From: Octopus vulgaris
Taxonomy: Eukaryota
Length of the DNA stretch: 64,000 nucleotides
Direction of reading: 5' to 3'
Assembly: GCA_951406725.2 (NCBI GenBank)
Contig: OX597829.1
Coordinates: 55,242,001 to 55,306,000, forward strand
Position numbers and translations under genes: made by a program. The notes under the pieces were generated by a model. It searched no databases. It was not told the DNA's origin and saw only the letters and a program-made list of their open reading frames with translations. The first letter of the stretch is position 1. Each line of letters opens with the position of its first letter. Shown piece by piece: positions 1 to 13,998 of the stretch.

Positions 1-599
1 ACAGAGAAGAAAGCAAATGGTAACACATAACAAACAAGAATATATATATCTACAAAAGAGTGCGGTGATTAAACTGTTGTCTAAATCATGCAAAAATGAA
101 AATAAACACTGACATCTCATTTTAACAGATACATTTACCAAAATTACATGAAAATATCTTGAAATATTAAAGAGTAAATTTATTCAATAAAATCGCCATT
201 GGTTTCAACCACTTCAGTGGCGACAGTAGTTGTGCCTTTTGGCAAATGGATGCAAGAAACATCTGCCAACAGCAACAACATCTGAAACAACAAGACACAT
301 ATTACCAACATTACTATGACCATCACCATCGCCATCACAATCACCACTACCACAGAGACAACCAACATCACAAATACCAGCAAACCACAAAATACACCCA
401 AACCAAGGACAACCGCTAAGAAACAATATAAATTACGTCACCATAAATAAAAGCAACAAACAGTTAATGAAACCCACATTTCAACAGACAGCCATTACTC
501 AGAACGATTTCATCATACCAACAAAAACACCCAAACACACAAAATTTATTCAAACAACTCAAAAGATAACAGTAAAAAAACTTCATAAAAAAAGGAACT

Positions 600-1335
600 G
601 CTTATGGAAATACTCACAGCCGACCGGAAGGAGGAAACATCTCCACCTCCGAAGGAATAAGATAAAGTGGCCTTTTCTCACTTTCTTCCCTTCTGTCAAA
701 TATAGCCTTACACATTACCTGGGGTCATCTTTTCAGCAGAGCTGCCTACTCAATAATATCAGTTCGTAAGATAGATGCGGTGGTCATCAGCGAGAGAAGA
801 GTTTCCAATCCACAGGCCTTCGTTCCAATTTTCTATTTATCCCTAAGTCGACTGGGATTGAGGGGTGGAACTGCGGTGTTTTTTTTTAGGAAGGGTCTGG
901 ATCTCACATGTTCTTGGACCCAGAAGGTAAGGTGGTGGTCATGGATGTGAAAAGTAGTCAATGGGTACATTCAGATTAGCAACTGTTTATAATCCGACAG
1001 GGGTTTCTTTAGGATTCGGACATTTTCATAGGAAAGTTTCGCTTTTAGCGCTAGTACAGGACTGGCTCACCATCTTTGATGCACGTTTGAATTGCATGAT
1101 GCTTGCTGATAGGAAAGTGGGATTTAATAGTCTACCAAACCTGCTCAGATGTTCAACTTTCCGATTGAATTTTGCGAATGGCTAATGTGAGCAGAAACAA
1201 ATCGCATCGGATTATCCAGATCATACCTAGACAGCGTATTCCGTAGACCAGTAGATGAAGGTAGTATAGGTTGTCCACATTTTAAAATCTTCAGTTGCAC
1301 AGACCATACATTTTTGATCTGGAGGTCGAACTAGA
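600..1335 (+). mobile_element. Decayed L1/Tx1-like LINE fragment (AP-endonuclease domain)
   Basis: Frameshifted translation gives LGSSFQQSCLLNN..KIDAVVISE..GGTAVFFRKG..LDPEGKVVVMDV..GTFRLATVYNP..SYLD..CTDH, the motif order of an L1/Tx1 APE domain; many stops. Confidence 0.65.
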
Positions 1336-1949
1336 TAAATTTTATAGGTAGGGATCCGGTTACTGGCAGTCGAACGCTTCGCTCCCGGCGCGCGCCTTGA
1401 CGTATGAAGCAGGAATTGAGAATGCTACACGTCAACAACAAATGGCAGTTCGTTCTGAAAAGAGCGATTAGAGTAAAATCAACGAGGTTTAGTTAGGTCA
1501 TAGCAATAGAGAAGAAAAGAATAGAAAGATTTGAAAGTGGAGTTTGGGAAAGGCATCGAAACTGACGTGAGAATGGCCCTCAACACGAAGCTCAGAGGTC
1601 GCATTGTTTTTTATGGTGAATGTGTCATATTATTTGCTTCTTCCTGTAAAAAATGTTCTTCTGTGAGTCTGTCATACTTTTTGTCTGCTAATAATGCGAG
1701 TTATATTCTCTGGTTTGTTGCTCAAATCTTATTTTACGTTTTCTTTTATTTGGTCAATTTCAACGTCGGTCAACTGCTTCCGTTTTACAACATCTCTTGG
1801 AACATTCGCAAGTTTGTTGCTGTTTATGTTTAGCTTTCTCACCCAAATCGATATATTTGTTCAGTATTTAAAAACTTGTGATGTGGATAATACATGGAAG
1901 TGTAATAAGCTTCAAATACATGTTTATTGTCATCTCTAGATCATCCCTG

Positions 1950-2600
1950 TCTCTTGATTTGATTCGTTCTTGCTTGTGTTGGCCATGGAGAACCCTCAGA
2001 AAGTCTTGTCCTGCTGTAGAAGACTTCCAACCTCAAATTATTGGAAAGGTTTGAACCTGCTCGATCCCACCAGATGGCGATATATAGTCATCAAAAATGT
2101 GCGGCAGCACTTGTGTTCCAGGAATTTTCGTCTCGCTGATGTCTACCACATTTATGTCGAGCGAATCAAACCGTTGAGCAAGAGATTCTGCTTCCAAACA
2201 GATTCCATACTCCGAACCAGCCTACACCAAGTGTAGTCATTTTAGGTTAGAGAAAATAATATGAATAACTACTTACCTTGGCTTTCATGTGCGTCTGTTG
2301 AAATGGCCTACCTTTTATCTGAGGAGGAAATTGGGAAAGGCTTCGCTAGTAAGCTTTTCCTGGGACACACTGAATTCTCTGATGTCCAGGAGAATTTTTC
2401 CTCTAAGTTTTAATTCGTGTTCATATTAGTCTGTTTCAGCATTCTCTCAGAGGAAGTTTTTGGGAGGAGTTCAGTGAAAGAATCCCAGTCCTGTTGAGCT
2501 GGAGGGTCGATTTCACCCCCACAATCTCCTTATCTTCCTTCAGTGTGGCTAAAACTCTTGCCGTATCCAGATGAGCCCACGTTGTTGATTGGAATTCTAG
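1950..2600 (-). mobile_element. Decayed L1/Tx1-like fragment (ORF1 end and APE N-terminus), opposite orientation to the previous one
   Basis: Minus strand ~2220-2080 reads VRSMESVWKQNLLLNG / LDINVVDISETKI, similar to the APE start at 720-800. Confidence 0.5.
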
Positions 2601-2989
2601 TCAACCTCTTACCCATATAAAGGGAAACCATTATAAAGTTCTGGAAGGTGCATGTAATAGTTGCAATACTTCAGGCTTCTTGTTGGTCGATGTATATAAC
2701 AGCTACCGTCTGCGTATTGTTTTCCTTTATATATATACGTAGCACATCGCTCAGGCATTTTTCTTTTACTGCCGGAGTCGCAAATTTGTCTCCCCTCTTT
2801 GCGAGAAACGCACTTATACACAATGGTTTTTCGTTCAGATTTAGTTTTTGTTTTTTTCCTTTTCACTAAGAAACGTAGCTCCTGGTTTCACAATATCATT
2901 TTTGTAGCGGAGGGGGCCTTTATCTTTCAGATCTTACTTCGAATGCACGGTCGGCTGGTTAGAGAAGATAGACTTGTCATTGTTGCTAT

Positions 2990-3028
2990 TACTGATTTGT
3001 TGTTGTTTTGCACAGTTTTTTGTTGTCA

Positions 3029-3086
<58 letters not shown>

Positions 3087-3300
3087 GGTTGATGTAAATG
3101 TTGTTGACTTCATTCTCGATTCTGTCTCTAATTTCATTCTCGCTCATGTCCTCGTTCTTGTCGTTGTTCATGCTGTTGTTGCTAATGTTGTCGCTGTTGC
3201 TGCTGTTGTATACAGTCGTTGCTGTTATTGTTGTCGTTATATAGTTGTTGTTGTTGTTGTCACTGTTGCAGCTGCTTCTAGTATTTTCGCAGATGTTGCC
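2990..3300. repeat. (CTG)n microsatellite and degenerate (GTT/GCT)n tract
   Basis: Perfect (CTG)n ~3032-3086 within GTT-rich low-complexity sequence. Confidence 0.95.
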
Positions 3301-3585
3301 GTTGTCATGGCGGCAAGACAAAATTCCTTTCGTTAGATTCAATAAATTTATTTCAACCTCAACTTGCCTGCCACTGACGTCACGTTCCGTTTCCATGGAT
3401 ACATTAGCATTTAAAACTGGGTCGACGGAACGCTGGCCACCATCGATTATTAATTATTGCGTCGTGTGTTCCGACATTTTTTAAAGTTGGAAAAAATTTT
3501 CAAAATCTTTGTTTTTACAAGAAATTCAAAATAGATATCATTGAGTTGCATCCTCAGAAGAAGGCACAATTAGACAGAAATATTA

Positions 3586-3815
3586 CCTATTTCTTTATTA
3601 CCCACAAGGGGCTAAACATAGAGGGGACAAACAAGGACAGACATAGGTATTAAGTCGATTACATCGACCCCAGTGCATAACTGGTACTTAATTTATTGAC
3701 CCCGAAAGGATGAAAGGCAAAGTCGACCTCGGCGGAATTTGAACTCAGAACGTAACGACAGACGAAATACCGCTGAGCATTTCGCCCGGCGTGCTAACGT
3801 TTCTGCCAGCTCACC
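3586..3815 (-). mobile_element. tRNA-derived SINE family A (Meta-domain-like)
   Basis: Minus strand: A-box-like TGGCAGAAACGTTAGC, B-box GAGTTCAAATTCC, central GACTTTGCCTTTCATCCTTTCGGGGTC; same family at 20725, 25372, 35435, 37155. A partial copy lies at ~4175-4295. Confidence 0.85.
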
Positions 3816-4772
3816 CATTGTTACCCAGACAATATTAAGAATGAAATTATCTCAATATGACAGACTCTAAGCAGCCGAAAAGTTTCATGAAACTCTCAGA
3901 ACTTCACAAGCTCACTAACAAACACTTAGAATAATTCAACTATGACAATACTTGTTTTAACTTCCGGGTAAAATATACAAAAAGGATAATTTGGAAAAAT
4001 AGGATTCTGTAAGAAATCAACAGAGACCATTTAATGCAGTAGTGAGTTACGTTAAAATTAATTTAAATTAATTAAATAGGCGTTAAAATAACTTTCTTCG
4101 TAAAATTATGAATAAATATTGGATTCAATACAACGCTTCAATAATGGTGGAAAACGAAGTCTAACAAAAAAAAAGTTTCTTTATTACCCACAAGGGGCTA
4201 AACATAGAGGGGACAAACAAACGGATTAAGTCGATTACATCGACCCAAGTGCGTAACTGGTACTTAATTTATCGACCCCAAAACTATGAAAGGCAGCAGA
4301 TAATAGCGATATCTGCATATTTTCATTATTGAAAGAAAATATTTAAGTGAAATGTAAAAGACTAAATGGAGTTCATAGAAATGTTAAAAAATTAAATACT
4401 TAGGCAAAATTTGTAACCTAATTAAGGAAACTGAAAAGATAGTATAAGCATAATCTCATACATATAAAAAATGATTTTTATCAATATCTAAAGATTTGGA
4501 ACAACGCCAAAAAAAAAAAGAAAAAAATTCCAGATGCTGAGTGTAATAAAAATGCTAAATGATTGTTGATACTTTGGTAAGTATAAATACCAGGAACCAC
4601 GAACCAGACTTCGTTATAACCGAAGAACAGATAAATGCTTTGTAGGGGAAAAAAATTTGAAAATCAATTTGAAAAGCTCTTGATTTTGATAATAACCCAC
4701 TGCAGGGGTTGAAATTAGAAACTCTCTGAAATTTTTAGTTTTGAGAAAACGAGGATACCATGTCTACTAGTG

Positions 4773-4779
<7 letters not shown>

Positions 4780-4813
<34 letters not shown>

Positions 4814-5078
4814 GCACACACACACACATGCACGCACACACACAAACACACAGACACACAAACACACACATGCACGCACACACACAAACACACATACACG
4901 CATGCACACACACATATATACATAATACATACACGCGCACGCGTGCGTGGGGTTCATAAAAGTTTATATTTCCAAACGGTGATAAAATATTCGAAATATA
5001 AAGTTGACTGTATTTTATTAGAAATTCCGAATTTCATACCGCCGACTGTTCAAGTGATTGAAATTGGAAAACAGCGCA

Positions 5079-5128
<50 letters not shown>

Positions 5129-5203
5129 TATACGTACATGCATACATATTTGCATGCATACATACATACATACATACATACATACATACATACATACATA
5201 CAT

Positions 5204-5250
<47 letters not shown>
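4780..5250. repeat. Compound (CA)n/(TA)n/(TACA)n microsatellites
   Basis: Directly visible. Confidence 0.95.
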
Positions 5251-5672
<422 letters not shown>

Positions 5673-5689
5673 CATATATATATATACAT

Positions 5690-5983
5690 GCAATCATAGA
5701 CTCTCCTGTCGTTAGATGACATATGAGGGTTCGACAATTTCTTACCGAACAACCACACAGCAGATGATTTGTTTATAGGGATCAAATGTTTGTGTACTCA
5801 TAAGCTCATTTTCTCCATCAGGTCACCATTACCTGTACAGGTGCCACATGTCAGATGTCGAAATGATGACAGAGCAGCACGAAATGAAGTACTTTGCTCA
5901 AGAGCACAAACCAACGCCCAGTCGGGGAATCGAACCCACGATCCCGCAATCGTGAGTGCAACACCTTAACCACTGAGCCGCGT
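5690..5983 (-). mobile_element. tRNA-derived SINE family C
   Basis: Minus strand GCGGCTCAGTGGTTAAGG...GGGTTCGATTCCC (A/B boxes), then a CORE-like CTTGAGCAAAGTACTTCATTTC also seen in the 43468 copy. Confidence 0.75.
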
Positions 5984-6239
5984 GCGTGTGTGTTTATGCA
6001 TGTGTGTATGTGTGTGTGTGTGTGTGTGTGTGCGTGTGTATTTATGCATGTGTGTGTGTGTGTGTGTGTGTGCGTGTGCGCGTGTGTGTGTGTGTGTTTA
6101 TGATCCCTACAGTTTGTTCATCTATCTGATGTGTGGTTGTGGCTGGCTGCAACGATTATTTCATCCAACCATAAATGAATAACACCATGAACCTAACATT
6201 AATCGAATGTGTAATATCGCTCGTTATCTGAGAAATCTA

Positions 6240-7552
6240 TTAGAAGCAGGCGTGATTTTAAAACTGCATGTGTCCTTCTTGAATTTCATGTCTGCAATCC
6301 TATCCGATAATTCTATTTATCCTAATCTTCTGTGCATTGAAGCAGCTAACACAATGTTTGTTTGCTTGTTTTTTTAAACTTTTATTCAAGAACCGAGCAA
6401 CTAACATCAAAAAGAAAATTAAAAGTGTTTTGAACTTTTCGAGTGCACTGTAATCCTACAGACTTAGGACTTAAAATCATAAACCGAGTCTGGTTTTCGG
6501 TAACCAAAAACCCAAAAGTACATGTAGAATCGGATCTGATGGAACCAGACGCAGAGCAACCACAGAGTGGAGGGGAGTATATGTGGGAAAGTTTTAGAGT
6601 TCGAGTCTTAGGCATGTGCATCTCTAATTATATGAAACTTCAAATGATTAGATGTGATAGTCGTTTGGAAAATGTTAAAAAACAAAAATCGGAAAACTTA
6701 TTGAAAAACTGTTTGAGATCTGAAAAATTAACAGTCACCATTCGCTTGTCACAATAGCAACAACTGCAACAATCAATTTAAATCAGATGCAAACATGTAG
6801 ACAAGAAGATTTTGTATGTCAGGGCAAAGATATATAAAAGGCAAATTGTTTAATTTTGTTTATACTGACAGTGTTAAGTATAACAGTACTACAAAGCCCT
6901 GTTAACAATTAGACTTAGATTTAGGGTCTTTCTGCGTTGTGGGACGCAAAATGCAACGAGTTTCCTCAGGAGTTGTTGCTCTGTCGCAGTTCTTTCCGCT
7001 GCTGCACAACTACTCCTCATGGACTGTGTCTATGGCAGGCAGTCGGTTGTGATAATTTTCACACCTTGCTGTTACAGTATTGTCAATGCACTGTCGGCAT
7101 CTTACTCTCTTCCAAGATTCTTTTATTGGCAGGTGTGTTTCCAAATATTTCTTGCTTTTTGTTGTATTGCTTTATGTTTTCCCCAGATACTCCCTACACT
7201 CTGTGGTTGCTTTGCGTGTCTTGTTCCATCGGATACGATTCTACATGTACTTTTGGGTTTGGGTTAACGAAAACCAGACTGAATTTCTGATTTAAGTCGT
7301 CAGTAGGATTACGGTTCTCTTGAAAGCGTTCAAAATACTTTGAATTTTCTTTTCGATGTTAGTTGCTCGGTTCTAGGATAAAAGTTTTTTTTTAAAAAAA
7401 ACAAGCAAACAAACATTATATCAATAAGTAGAGCAATAACATATTAGCTTCAATGCACAAAAAATAATTAGAATAAACGAAATTGTCGGATAGGGTAGCA
7501 GGCATGAAATCCAAAAGAACACACGCAGTTATAAAATCACGCCTGCTTCTAA
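6240..7552. mobile_element. Non-autonomous DNA transposon / foldback element with ~350-bp imperfect TIRs
   Basis: 6240-6590 (TTAGAAGCAGGCGTGATTTT...) is the reverse complement of ~7177-7552 (...AAAATCACGCCTGCTTCTAA); ~590-bp non-coding core; no clear TSD. Confidence 0.8.
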
Positions 7553-7914
7553 TTTTATTTATGTGTACTTCTAGATGAAGGTCATGTGATACGGCATGTG
7601 TTCTGTACTATGTTGCATGAAGTCAATCATGACGTCACCATTCTATTCTGACAAGATAATTGACCAACAGATGGCGCCAACTGCAAAACAGAGAGCAGTA
7701 GAACCACTTGTATTTTTGTATTTTTTTTTTGTTTTTGCAAAACTCACAGGTTTCACATAAATGTGAAATAAATAAATTGAAATTGCATGTTATTTGAGCG
7801 CGAATAAAGAAGGAGGAATCGACTGAATTTTATATTAATTTTTGAGAATCATTGAATAAATGCAGAAAATTAGGATGATCACTGCATAGTTAGGGTGGGT
7901 ATATATATATATAA

Positions 7915-8058
7915 TGTTGGGCTTCTTTTCAGTTTCCTCCTACGAAATCCACTCACAAAGCTTTGGTCGGGGCATGAGACTATAGTTGAAGACACTTGCT
8001 CACGATGTCAAGCAGTGGGACTGAACCGAAGATCATACGGTTGGGAACCGAGTTTCTC
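7915..8058 (-). mobile_element. SINE family B, 5' fragment
   Basis: Matches the head of the full copies at 22547 and 54961. Confidence 0.75.
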
Positions 8059-8146
8059 AATAATACACATATGTATCTACATACAAATGTCTGACTATGT
8101 GTGTATGTGCGCACGCGTCTGCATGCGTACGAGTGTGTGTGTGTGT

Positions 8147-8425
8147 GTGTGATGTGAGTCACGACGCCCCCTTGCGAGAAATAGACTGAACTGAGCGATT
8201 ACAAATAGTAGCGGTGGGAGTGAAGTTTGTGTGTTTGTTCGAGTTGAGTTGGCAGTGAAGTCGGAAGGTGCCGGTTGGTTAGTTCATCATTTGTTGGTTC
8301 GTGAAGAGATTGTTGGATCATTACGTTGTCATCACGACTGAATCGTTATCTTGTTTACTGTTACAACACTGGTACAGTCTATCTAAACCATCCGTCACAA
8401 TATCGTGGCGGTTCCACGATATTGG
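8147..8425 (+). mobile_element. Possible LTR followed by a PBS-like sequence
   Basis: TGTGATG...CGTCACA inverted termini (8147-8399), then TGGCGG a few bases downstream; no second LTR or coding region seen. Confidence 0.35.
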
Positions 8426-8694
8426 AGACGAAGGATACAACAGTGTGTGTGCGCCCTTTCGTTTGTGTCTCACCGTTTCACGACCAGTTTTAATTTGGCT
8501 GTGCAAATGTTTCCAAAATGTACAGTCACCAACCTGAACTAAGCAGCGATCATCCTAAGTTTTAGCACTCAAAAATTCATATAAAATTTGTTTATTTTAT
8601 CTTTCGAGTTTTCGAGTTAAATTTCACAACAATTAATCTGTCCTCGTTCAAGAACAGTGTTGGAGAGCATAAATATTAAAGTTGTAGTTGAGAA

Positions 8695-9160
8695 AAAGTT
8701 TGGAACCCCTATCTTGCTCAGAACATTGACCTCCTGGAATCTGTTCAGAGACGTGCAACCAAACGCATACCCTCCATCAGACACCTACCATACTCTGAGC
8801 GCCTTGTTTCCCTGGGCATGGATTCACTGAAGCTCCGGCGTCTGGAGACGGACTTGGTAAACACCCACAAAGTTATCAACCACCTCACCAACAACAACAC
8901 TGAACACCTTTTTGATCTCCATGTGTCCAACACACGTGGACATGCCTACAAAGTCAGAAAACAACACAGCTCCCATGACTTTCGGAAACATTTTTTCACG
9001 CTCAGAGTTGCTGAAGCATGGAACAAACTGCCTGCGTCAGTTGTTGACTGCCATGACACTGCATCCTTTAAGGCCCTCATGCTTTCCGAAATCCGCCGAA
9101 ACTACACCTGATTATATATACAATTTAGATGAGTTGTAGTGCACCTGAGCACTGTACACA

Positions 9161-9249
<89 letters not shown>
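8695..9249 (+). mobile_element. CR1-clade LINE 3' end with hairpin and (TTA)n tail
   Basis: Open frame VWNPYLAQNIDLLESVQRRATKRI..YSERLVSLG..LRRLETDL..TRGH..FFTLRVAEAWNKLP (CR1 ORF2 C-terminus); 3' UTR hairpin AGTGC-ACCTGA-GCACT; (TTA)n 9161-9249. Confidence 0.9.
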
Positions 9250-9389
9250 CGGAAATCAATTACCTGTATTATATTGATTCTCGCCGGGTATCAACTTGTC
9301 AACATATTGACTTCTGCTCAGTGCTCTATGAACTTTGTAAAGGCTGTGATGATGTTTGTCATGGACAGCTGCAACAAAGATTCTGAAGA

Positions 9390-9850
9390 AGCGGCCGGCA
9401 ACAATGTGATGGTATTTGGGTTTGCCTCCAGTGAGGATGACATCACACAGCTTCGCTTTTCTTAACAGGGCTTTAGGCTCAATTCACACGGCTCTGAGAA
9501 GCCGCTGGAGACCGTGGTTGGAGAGGGTTGCTGCTGAAAGGCCGTATATGGGGCAGCAGTTTTCGGTTCCTTGCCACAAAAGAGTCAGAAGTGGTTGTCA
9601 GAGAATTTCAACAACTTCAGCAGCCCTAATTTCTGGCCTCTTAATTCCTCTAATTGTAATCCCATGGATTACTACATGTGAGGTGCGATGAAAAAAAAGA
9701 CACCAACCACTCTGCCTTCAACACCAAGCCTAATCTGGTGGCCAAGATCAAGAAGGCATTCGAAGATCTTCCCAGGGATACAGCGAAGAATGCTTGCGTC
9801 AGGTTCCCGAGCCGTCTTGAAATCATGGTGGAAGATGAGGGCGGCTACAT
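9390..9850 (+). pseudogene. Tc1/mariner (maT-like) transposase C-terminal fragment
   Basis: MVFGFASSE..PWLERVA..SQKWLSENF..NSSNCNPMDYY..IKKAFEDLP..NACVRFPSRLEIMVEDEGGY; frameshifted. Confidence 0.8.
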
Positions 9851-9949
9851 GGCGGAAGAAGGCGATAACGGTTCTGGATTGACACCCCTTTTATGCTGCA
9901 AAGATGAATCTCTTTTGCTTTTTACAATTTGCTACTGTGCTACAAATAT

Positions 9950-12375
9950 TCAATACCAATTACAGTACAATAGATAAAGAATGAAGAGTGGGAAAGCCCT
10001 TGGACCATCGGGTATCATTGCCGAATTGATTAAAATATCTGGTGGTGTGCGATACAATCTAGTCACCTGCATAGTTAATCAGGTTATTCAGGAAGGCGTC
10101 ATCTCCAAAGACTGGTGTAGCAGTATTATAGTCAGCTGCTACAAGGATAAAGGTAATGCCTTAGATAGAAACAACCACAGAGGTATCAAACTGCTAGACA
10201 AAGTCAAGAAAATTACAGATAGAGAGAGTTATATCTCAACTAATTAGGTATAGAATTAAACTGGATGAGATGCAGTTTGGTTTTGTTCCTGGAAGAAGTA
10301 CCACAGATGCCATCTTCATAGTGAGACAGTAGCAAGGAAAGCATTTGGCCAAAAGTAAGCCATTGTCAATCTGGAGAAAGCTTTCGACAAGGTTCCCCGC
10401 TCTCTTATTTGGTTAGAGTGGTTCAAGCCATGTACAGTGATGCTGTCAGTAAGGTGAGAGTTGGCCTTGAATACAGGATGAATTTAACGTACAAGTTGGA
10501 GTACACCAGGGATCAGTTCTTAGTCCACTCTTATTCATCATAGTTCTCCAGGCCATAACAGATGAGTTCTAAACTGGATGGCCATGGGAACAATTATATG
10601 CTGATGATCTTGCTCTTATTGCAGAATCTGAAGCAGAATTGTAAAAGAAGTTTCGGGTTTGGGAGCAAAACCTGGAACCAAAGGGCCTTAAAGTTAACTA
10701 AGCTAAGACTAAAGTTGTTGTTAGCGAGAAAGGAGATAAGGCTTTCATTCCGGCTGGCAAATGGCTCTGTTCGATATGTAGGAAAGGAGTGGCCAAGTGT
10801 AAGCTATTGACGCATAAAAGATGCAATGGAATTATGGGAAGATAAGGTTGCTTTCGTGTGTGGCACATGTGCAAGAACAGTAAGGACTAAGAGCATGAGG
10901 GACTTAAACTCACTCAAATGCCCAAGAGGTTCTCTTGAGGTAGTAGACAGTTTCTGCTATTTAGGTGGACAAATTAGCCAAGGTGGTGGATGCTCTGAAA
11001 GCATTGTTTCTAGAATAAGAATAGGATGGAGGAAGTTTAGAGAACTACTACCTCTGTTGGCAGCAAAAGGACTCTCCCTCTCTCAGAGTATAAGGTAGAT
11101 TGTATGATGCTTGTGTGAGACATGGGCTCTGACTGCGGAGGACATGCGTAGGCTGGAGAGGAATGAAGGTAGTATGCTCCGTTGGATTTGCAACATCAGT
11201 GTGCATGTCTGACAAAGTACAACTGTGTTGAGAGAAAAGTTAGGCATAAGAAGGATTAAATGGGGTCTGCAGGAGAGGAGAATGTGTTGGTTTAGACATG
11301 TGATGTATATGAGTGAAGACAGCTGTATACAGAAGTGCCTGTTGCTGAAAGTGGATGATACCTGTGGAAGAGAGAGATCCAGGAAGACATGGGATGAAGT
11401 GGTGAGGACTGACCTTAGGATGTTGGGGGCTCATGGAGGAAATGACACTAGACTGAGATGTTTGGAGATATGAAGTTCTTGAGAAGACCCGTTCACAAAA
11501 CCGAGTATTAGAAGAGTTGTGTCCCACACACTCAATCCTAAGAAATCAAACTACAACTCCTCTTCTAACTGCATCTTTCTCTTCCTCGCGTTTCCTTTGC
11601 ATAAATCACGATTGTTTTCCAATCCCTTTTCTTGCCCTCACTGCCCTGCTCACTGTATCACTGCTCCCCACATACCCCATCATCCACACCCTATTTTTCT
11701 ACCCAGGTTCTACACTCATATTCTTATTACTTGTAAGTATACCCTAGCACTACACCTCTCTTCTGCTCTTTCTTACACTTTTGCTGCTTCCTACTCTCTC
11801 TCTCTCTCTCTCTTTCCCTTTGATCACTCTCGCCTTCTCTTGTTTTTCCTCTGACTTGGTAACCAAGTATCACCTTTACATCAGCACACCTGTTTCTGAT
11901 CTCTTTCTTGTACCTCTCTCTCTCATTATCTCAATGGGTAACCATGCATCTCCTCTGTAGCAAGACACCTGCTTCTGTCTCTCTGTCACACTCTAACCTT
12001 TCATCCTCTGACACAAGTTCCCCTCAAATGCCCTACCCCTCTCATAATTCCTTGTCTTGTGAATTACTTGGTGACCATGCCAGTGCTGGTGCCGTGTTAA
12101 AAGCATCCAGTCCACACCGTAATGTGGTTGGCATTTGGAAGGGCATCTAGCTGTAAAACTCTTGCCAAAACTAACATCGCCTCTGCTAGTGTCACGTAAA
12201 AAGCACAGAGTCCACTCTGCAGAGAGGTTGGTGTTAGGAAGGGCAACCATTCGTTAAATCCCTGTCAAAACAGACACAGCAGCCTAGGCTAGTTTTTCCA
12301 CCTGGCTGGTTCCTATCAACCATCCTAACCGTGCATGCATGGAAGATGGACGTTAAACGACGATAATGATAATGT
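9950..12375 (+). mobile_element. RTE-clade LINE, decayed RT region plus 3' UTR
   Basis: KSGKALGPSGIIAELIK, NHRGIKLLD, QFGFVPGRSTTDAIF, LEKAFDKVPR, GVHQGSVLSPLLF, LYADDL, FCYLG, GWRKFREL; ends ATGGACGTTAAACGACGATAATGATAATG (short tandem tail). Confidence 0.9.
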
Positions 12376-12419
12376 TACATTCATTTACGTGTTGCAATAA
12401 TGCAGAACTTCATTATTTA

Positions 12420-12592
12420 CATTATTTACATTATTTGCATTTGACGGATATTTGTCCTCATCTTGTTTGTTGTTAACACAACGTTTCGGCTGATATACCC
12501 TCCAACCGATAGAATATATCAGCCGAAACGTTGTGTTAACAACAAACAAGATGAGGACAAATATCCGTCAAATGTAAATAATGTAAATAATG
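12420..12592. repeat. Foldback of a PLE pLTR fragment (arms 12420-12497 / 12515-12592)
   Basis: Near-perfect palindrome. The right arm TATATCAGCCGAAACGTTGTGTTAAC... matches the hammerhead-bearing repeat at 31520-31675. Confidence 0.85.
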
Positions 12593-12699
12593 TTCATAAT
12601 TCCTCATTTCTTGAATATAGAACTGTATGTTCACTAACGTCGTAAAGTCTGTACCAGGCTTTAAAACTTGCCGTATAAGGTTTTTAGAGATAATTCAAA

Positions 12700-13050
12700 C
12701 CGTGTGGTCCTGCGTTCAGTCACACCCTGTGGCACTTTTGACAACTATCTTCTTTTATTGCCCCAAGTCAACAAAAGCTTTATGAATAGATTTGGGAGAT
12801 GGAAACCGCGTGGAAGCCCGTCGTATATGCATGTGTATATGTCTTTGTGTTCGTGATCGTCTTCCAAACGCTTAACAACCAGTGTTAATTTGTTTATCTT
12901 TCCGAAACGTAGCAGTTCGACAAAGCAGGCCGATAGAATAAACGTCAGGCTTAAGAAAATAAACAAACAAAAATACTGATTTGTTTAACTAAAACCTTTC
13001 AAGTCGGTGCCCCAGCATGGCTGCAGTCCATGAAACAAGTAGAAGTTAAA
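12700..13050 (+). mobile_element. SINE family B, diverged copy
   Basis: Colinear similarity with 22547-22962. Confidence 0.7.
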
Positions 13051-13086
13051 AGATAATCTACAATCCGTTCAATATTATTTTTTATC

Positions 13087-13283
13087 TTTTATTTATTTGG
13101 GCCATTAGACTTTGGCCATGCTGGGGCAACACTTTCTAGATTTTCAGTCGAACGAATCAACTCTGGACCAATTTTTTAAATCTGGCACTTATTTTATCGT
13201 TATTTTGCCGAACTGCTAAGTTATGGGAACGTAAGCACACCAGCACCAGTTGTCAAGCGATGGTGGTGGACAAACACAGACAC

Positions 13284-13359
<76 letters not shown>

Positions 13360-13525
13360 TACACACATACACAATGGGCTTCTTATAGTTTCTATCTGCC
13401 AAATTCACTCACAAGGTATTTTTAGGCCGAAGGCTATGATTGAAGACACTTGCCCAAGATACAATGCAATGGGACTGAACCTTGAACCGTGTGGTTGGGA
13501 ACCAAATTTCTTACCACACACGCTG
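13087..13525 (-). mobile_element. SINE family B with internal (CA)n
   Basis: Colinear similarity with 54961-55388. Confidence 0.8.
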
Positions 13526-13998
13526 CATCTTCACAACTAAAATAAATAAATAAATAAATTTTAACCATTCGATAAATTCATTGAGAAATAATTAACTACT
13601 TTGTTAATAAAGTGTTAATGAAGTGATTTTGGACACTGTTTGCTGGATCCACTTCTTAGTGTAATTTGCATTTCTTTACAGTTAATCAGTAAATAAAGCG
13701 AGAGAGTGCAGAAATTTCCATAGGCGAAGCGCATTCGATGTGGAATACAAACTGCTTCCCTACCAAACATGCCTGGCGTACAGTCCTCACAGCCAAATTC
13801 CCTCTGGAAGTTTCAAATCAGGATCATAAATTTTGTGAAATTTGCCCGCTAGTTAATAACTTCCGGTTCGCTTCGCAATACCCACTCCTCTCTCTCCAGT
13901 TTTATGTATGTACGCCAAACATATTCCTCAACGCTTTCATTAAAGACATTTGAACAAAAATGTAAATCTTCATTCTGTCCGCGTATCACTCCCAATTT

